Assembly: GCA_030141605.1 (NCBI GenBank)
Contig: JAQGDQ010000710.1
Coordinates: 44,899 to 108,898 of the forward strand
Source of the DNA: Tubiluchus corallicola
Lineage: Eukaryota; Animalia; Priapulida
Direction of reading: 5' to 3'
DNA: 64,000 nt
Shown here one piece after another: positions 59,701-64,000 of this stretch. Below the pieces are notes generated by a model, which made no database searches, was not told the origin of the DNA, and saw only the letters and a list, made by a program, of their open reading frames with translations. Made by a program: the position numbers and the translations under genes. How positions within the stretch are numbered: position 1 is the stretch's first letter; each line of letters starts with the position of its first letter.

Positions 59701-60426
59701 GCTTGAGGATTATATGATGTGTCGCCAAAGTATTATACATGTAACATCGTGCTTGTTCTGTTTTGTTAAAAGTATCACATATATTAAGACTACATGTTAT
59801 TTATTGATAAGTAACATATTTGCTAGCTTTGGATTTTGAGTTCAAGGCCTATGTAACCCTAACAGACATTGAAGTTTTTTTAATGCATTATTATGATTGC
59901 ACAAAGAATTCATAGTTATTTTCTCACAAAAGAAAACTATAAATTAAATAACTTAGCTTTTTTGGGGGGAATTTCGAACGCGTGAATTGCCGTAAAGATT
60001 GCCATGTTTTGCATTTTTGGCGCGAGTGAACAAGAATGACGTATGTAGTGCAGAAAGCATCTTTGGTTACCATTGATTATTTACCAATCTTCAGTGACCT
60101 CGTGACTGTTCTCATGATGTCATTTGTCTTGCGCAATGAAAATTGACAATTATCCAAATTTAATACTGCTAACAACGAAGTGATTAAAAGTCAAACAAAA
60201 GAAGTTTTACAGTTAGTTTATAATAAAATAAATTCAATATTCGTAATGAGAGTATGATTTTAGGTTGTAAAAGCTTATATTATAGTGAGGATTTAGTTTG
60301 ACTTTAAAGCTGGCAGTACAATATCTTTTTTTCCATGTTTCAATAGAGAATGTCAAAACAAAGATGAATGTAAAAGAGTGTCGTCGCCAATTCTCCCATG
60401 CCTGGGTTGAGTTTCTGAACTTTAAA
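50768..60426 (+). pseudogene. NOC4L: Partial duplicate of NOC4L (exons 1-7, 281 codons, frame intact); possible 5' half of a NOC4L::SMC5 fusion
   Basis: Exons 50768-50944, 54840-54960, 55603-55706, 57292-57396, 58129-58275, 58884-58992, 60347-60426 with intact splice sites; exons 8-12 absent. Confidence 0.85.
51030..52810 (-). mobile_element. Mirror copy of the CR1/L2-group LINE (ORF 52793-51552)
   Basis: Same 413-aa RT protein; 13 bp shorter at its 5' junction than the left copy. Confidence 0.93.
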
Positions 60427-60563
60427 GTAAGAAACATAAATTATTTTTTTTTGCATTGCAGCAGTTATAAATTACAACCAATCTGCTATCTTAGTCTCAT
60501 AAATTGTTAACTCTTAAAAACGTACGTAATAACTTCATTGTACTTCGTTCAGTTACGTATTGC

Positions 60564-61461
60564 TCCTTATTTACATTAAGTTATCTACAGAAGCATGCAT
60601 AACTATAATCATTTTTTCATTTAAGTAAGGTGAGTGTGTTAATGACCGTATGGTCGTACACTCACCTCGCACTACTCAAATTATTACATCATTTACTTCA
60701 TCCTTATTTACATTAAGTTATCTACAGAAGCATGCATAACTATAATCATTTTTTCATTTAAGTAAGGTGAGTGTGTTAATGACCGTATGGTCGTACACTC
60801 ACCTCGCACTACTCAAATTATTACATCATTTACTTCATCTTTATTTACATTAAGTTATCTACAGAAGCATGCATAACTATAATCATTTTTCATTTAAGTA
60901 AGGTGAGTGTGTTAATGACCGTGTGGTCGTACACTCACATCGCACTACTCAAATTATTACATCATTTACTTCATCTTTATTTACATTAAGTTATCTACAG
61001 AAGCATGCATAACTATAATCATTTTTCATTTAAGTAAGGTGAGTGTGTTAATGACCGTGTGGTCGTACACTCACCTCGCACTACTCAAATTATTACATCA
61101 TTTACTTCATCCTTATTTACATTAAGTTATCTACAGAAGCATGCATAACTTATAATCATTTTTTCATTTAAGTAAGGTGAGTGTGTTAATGACCGTATGG
61201 TCGTACACTCACCTCGCACTACTCAAATTATTACATCATTTACTTCATTCTTATTTACATTAAGTTATCTACAGCAGCATGCATAACTATAATCATTTTT
61301 TCATTTAAGTAAGGTGAGCGTGTTAATGACCGTGTGGTCGTACACTCACCTCGCACTACTCAAATTATTACATCATTTACTTCATCCTTATTTACATTAA
61401 GTTATCTACAGATGCATGCATAACTATAATCATTTTTTCATTTAAGTAAGGTGAGTGTGTT
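60564..61461. repeat. Tandem repeat, ~137-bp unit, ~6.5 copies
   Basis: Unit starts at 60564, 60701, 60838, 60974, 61110, 61248, 61385; near-identical copies, each with an AGGTGAGTGT...ACACTCACCT hairpin. Confidence 0.96.
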
Positions 61462-61503
61462 GCAATTTATCATTCTCATCCCTGCTTTTTCTTCTTTGTT
61501 TAG

Positions 61504-63304
<1,801 letters not shown>

Positions 63305-63949
63305 GTAGGTAATTTATAAAATGTTTGCTAATATACAGCATTGTCTGCGGTGAGTAGTGGGCTTCGAATTTTATTAACTTACTGCCTGGTGGGACTCTTG
63401 GAAGGAGATATTTGGCTTTTTAGAAAGAGGAGGAACTGGGCTACAAGGTGATGTGGGTTATATTTTGGGACGCGTCTACCAAGAGAATGGCGACGAGTTG
63501 ATTGGTTGTTCTATTTTTGGCAATTTTCGCTTGGAAAACTGCTGACGCAAAGCCATTGTTCTGACGTCATCCATTGTACTTTGTCTATAACCTTATAGCT
63601 TTAATTCACTAAAAGCTGCTACTGGCTTTGGGTTATAAATGAGGATTATGTAGCATGTTCACGTATTTTTGATTATAAGTGTATTTATACGCAAAATTTT
63701 TTGAGGGGTCTTTGCTAGTTTTATAGAACTGATTTTGATTCACACAACAATTAACAATAACAATTAACGATATAACAAACTACGCCAATGATGTCTAATT
63801 ACAAAAGGAAAATTTACGTCACTGTTTAAAATTCTCTTGCATATAAAATGTTCACTCTTATTCAGCCCGTATCAACTGTATTTCACATTTGCTGTGAATT
63901 AAATGAAAATAAACAAGATTAAGTCTAGCAAAATCTGGAGAGAGGGAGA

Positions 63950-63958
63950 AAAAGAGAG

Positions 63959-64000
<42 letters not shown>
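63950..64000. repeat. (GA)n microsatellite
   Basis: GAGAGA run to the window end. Confidence 0.95.

Larger units (their letters stand above)
50593..60513. repeat. Right arm of giant palindrome
   Basis: Reverse complement of 40307-50241; homology stops abruptly after 60513 (...AATTGTTAACTC|TTAAAAACG). Confidence 0.98.

Noticed and set aside
60564-61461. CRISPR array or hammerhead-ribozyme satellite
   Set aside because: Units repeat in full with no unique spacers, there are no cas genes, the context is eukaryotic, and no CTGATGA/GAAA hammerhead core is present.

Overview
AT-rich, intron-rich eukaryotic DNA, most likely an invertebrate animal (species not determinable from sequence alone). Spliced genes reconstructed by hand with GT-AG boundaries and consistent phases: 3' part of an SLC13 transporter (+), a C22orf15/CXorf65-family gene (-), an orphan secreted acidic protein (-), an intronless 1261-aa disordered AT-hook/C2HC-finger protein (-), an SLC16/MCT transporter (-), a complete 12-exon NOC4L (-), and two late exons of SMC5 (+). 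The dominant structure is a ~20.2-kb near-perfect palindrome (arms 40307-50241 and 50593-60513, about 99.9% identical by eye). It folds back at the terminal inverted repeats of a 375-bp hAT-type MITE just upstream of NOC4L. The right arm carries NOC4L exons 1-7 and ends about 1 kb upstream of an SMC5 3' exon in the same splice phase (0), so an in-frame NOC4L::SMC5 chimera is possible, while the 5' part of SMC5 is absent from the window. A real inverted-duplication/deletion and an assembly fold-back artefact cannot be distinguished without reads. Many MITEs (hAT, Kolobok-like, piggyBac-like, Tc1/mariner), tRNA-derived repeats, LINE fragments and satellites are also present.
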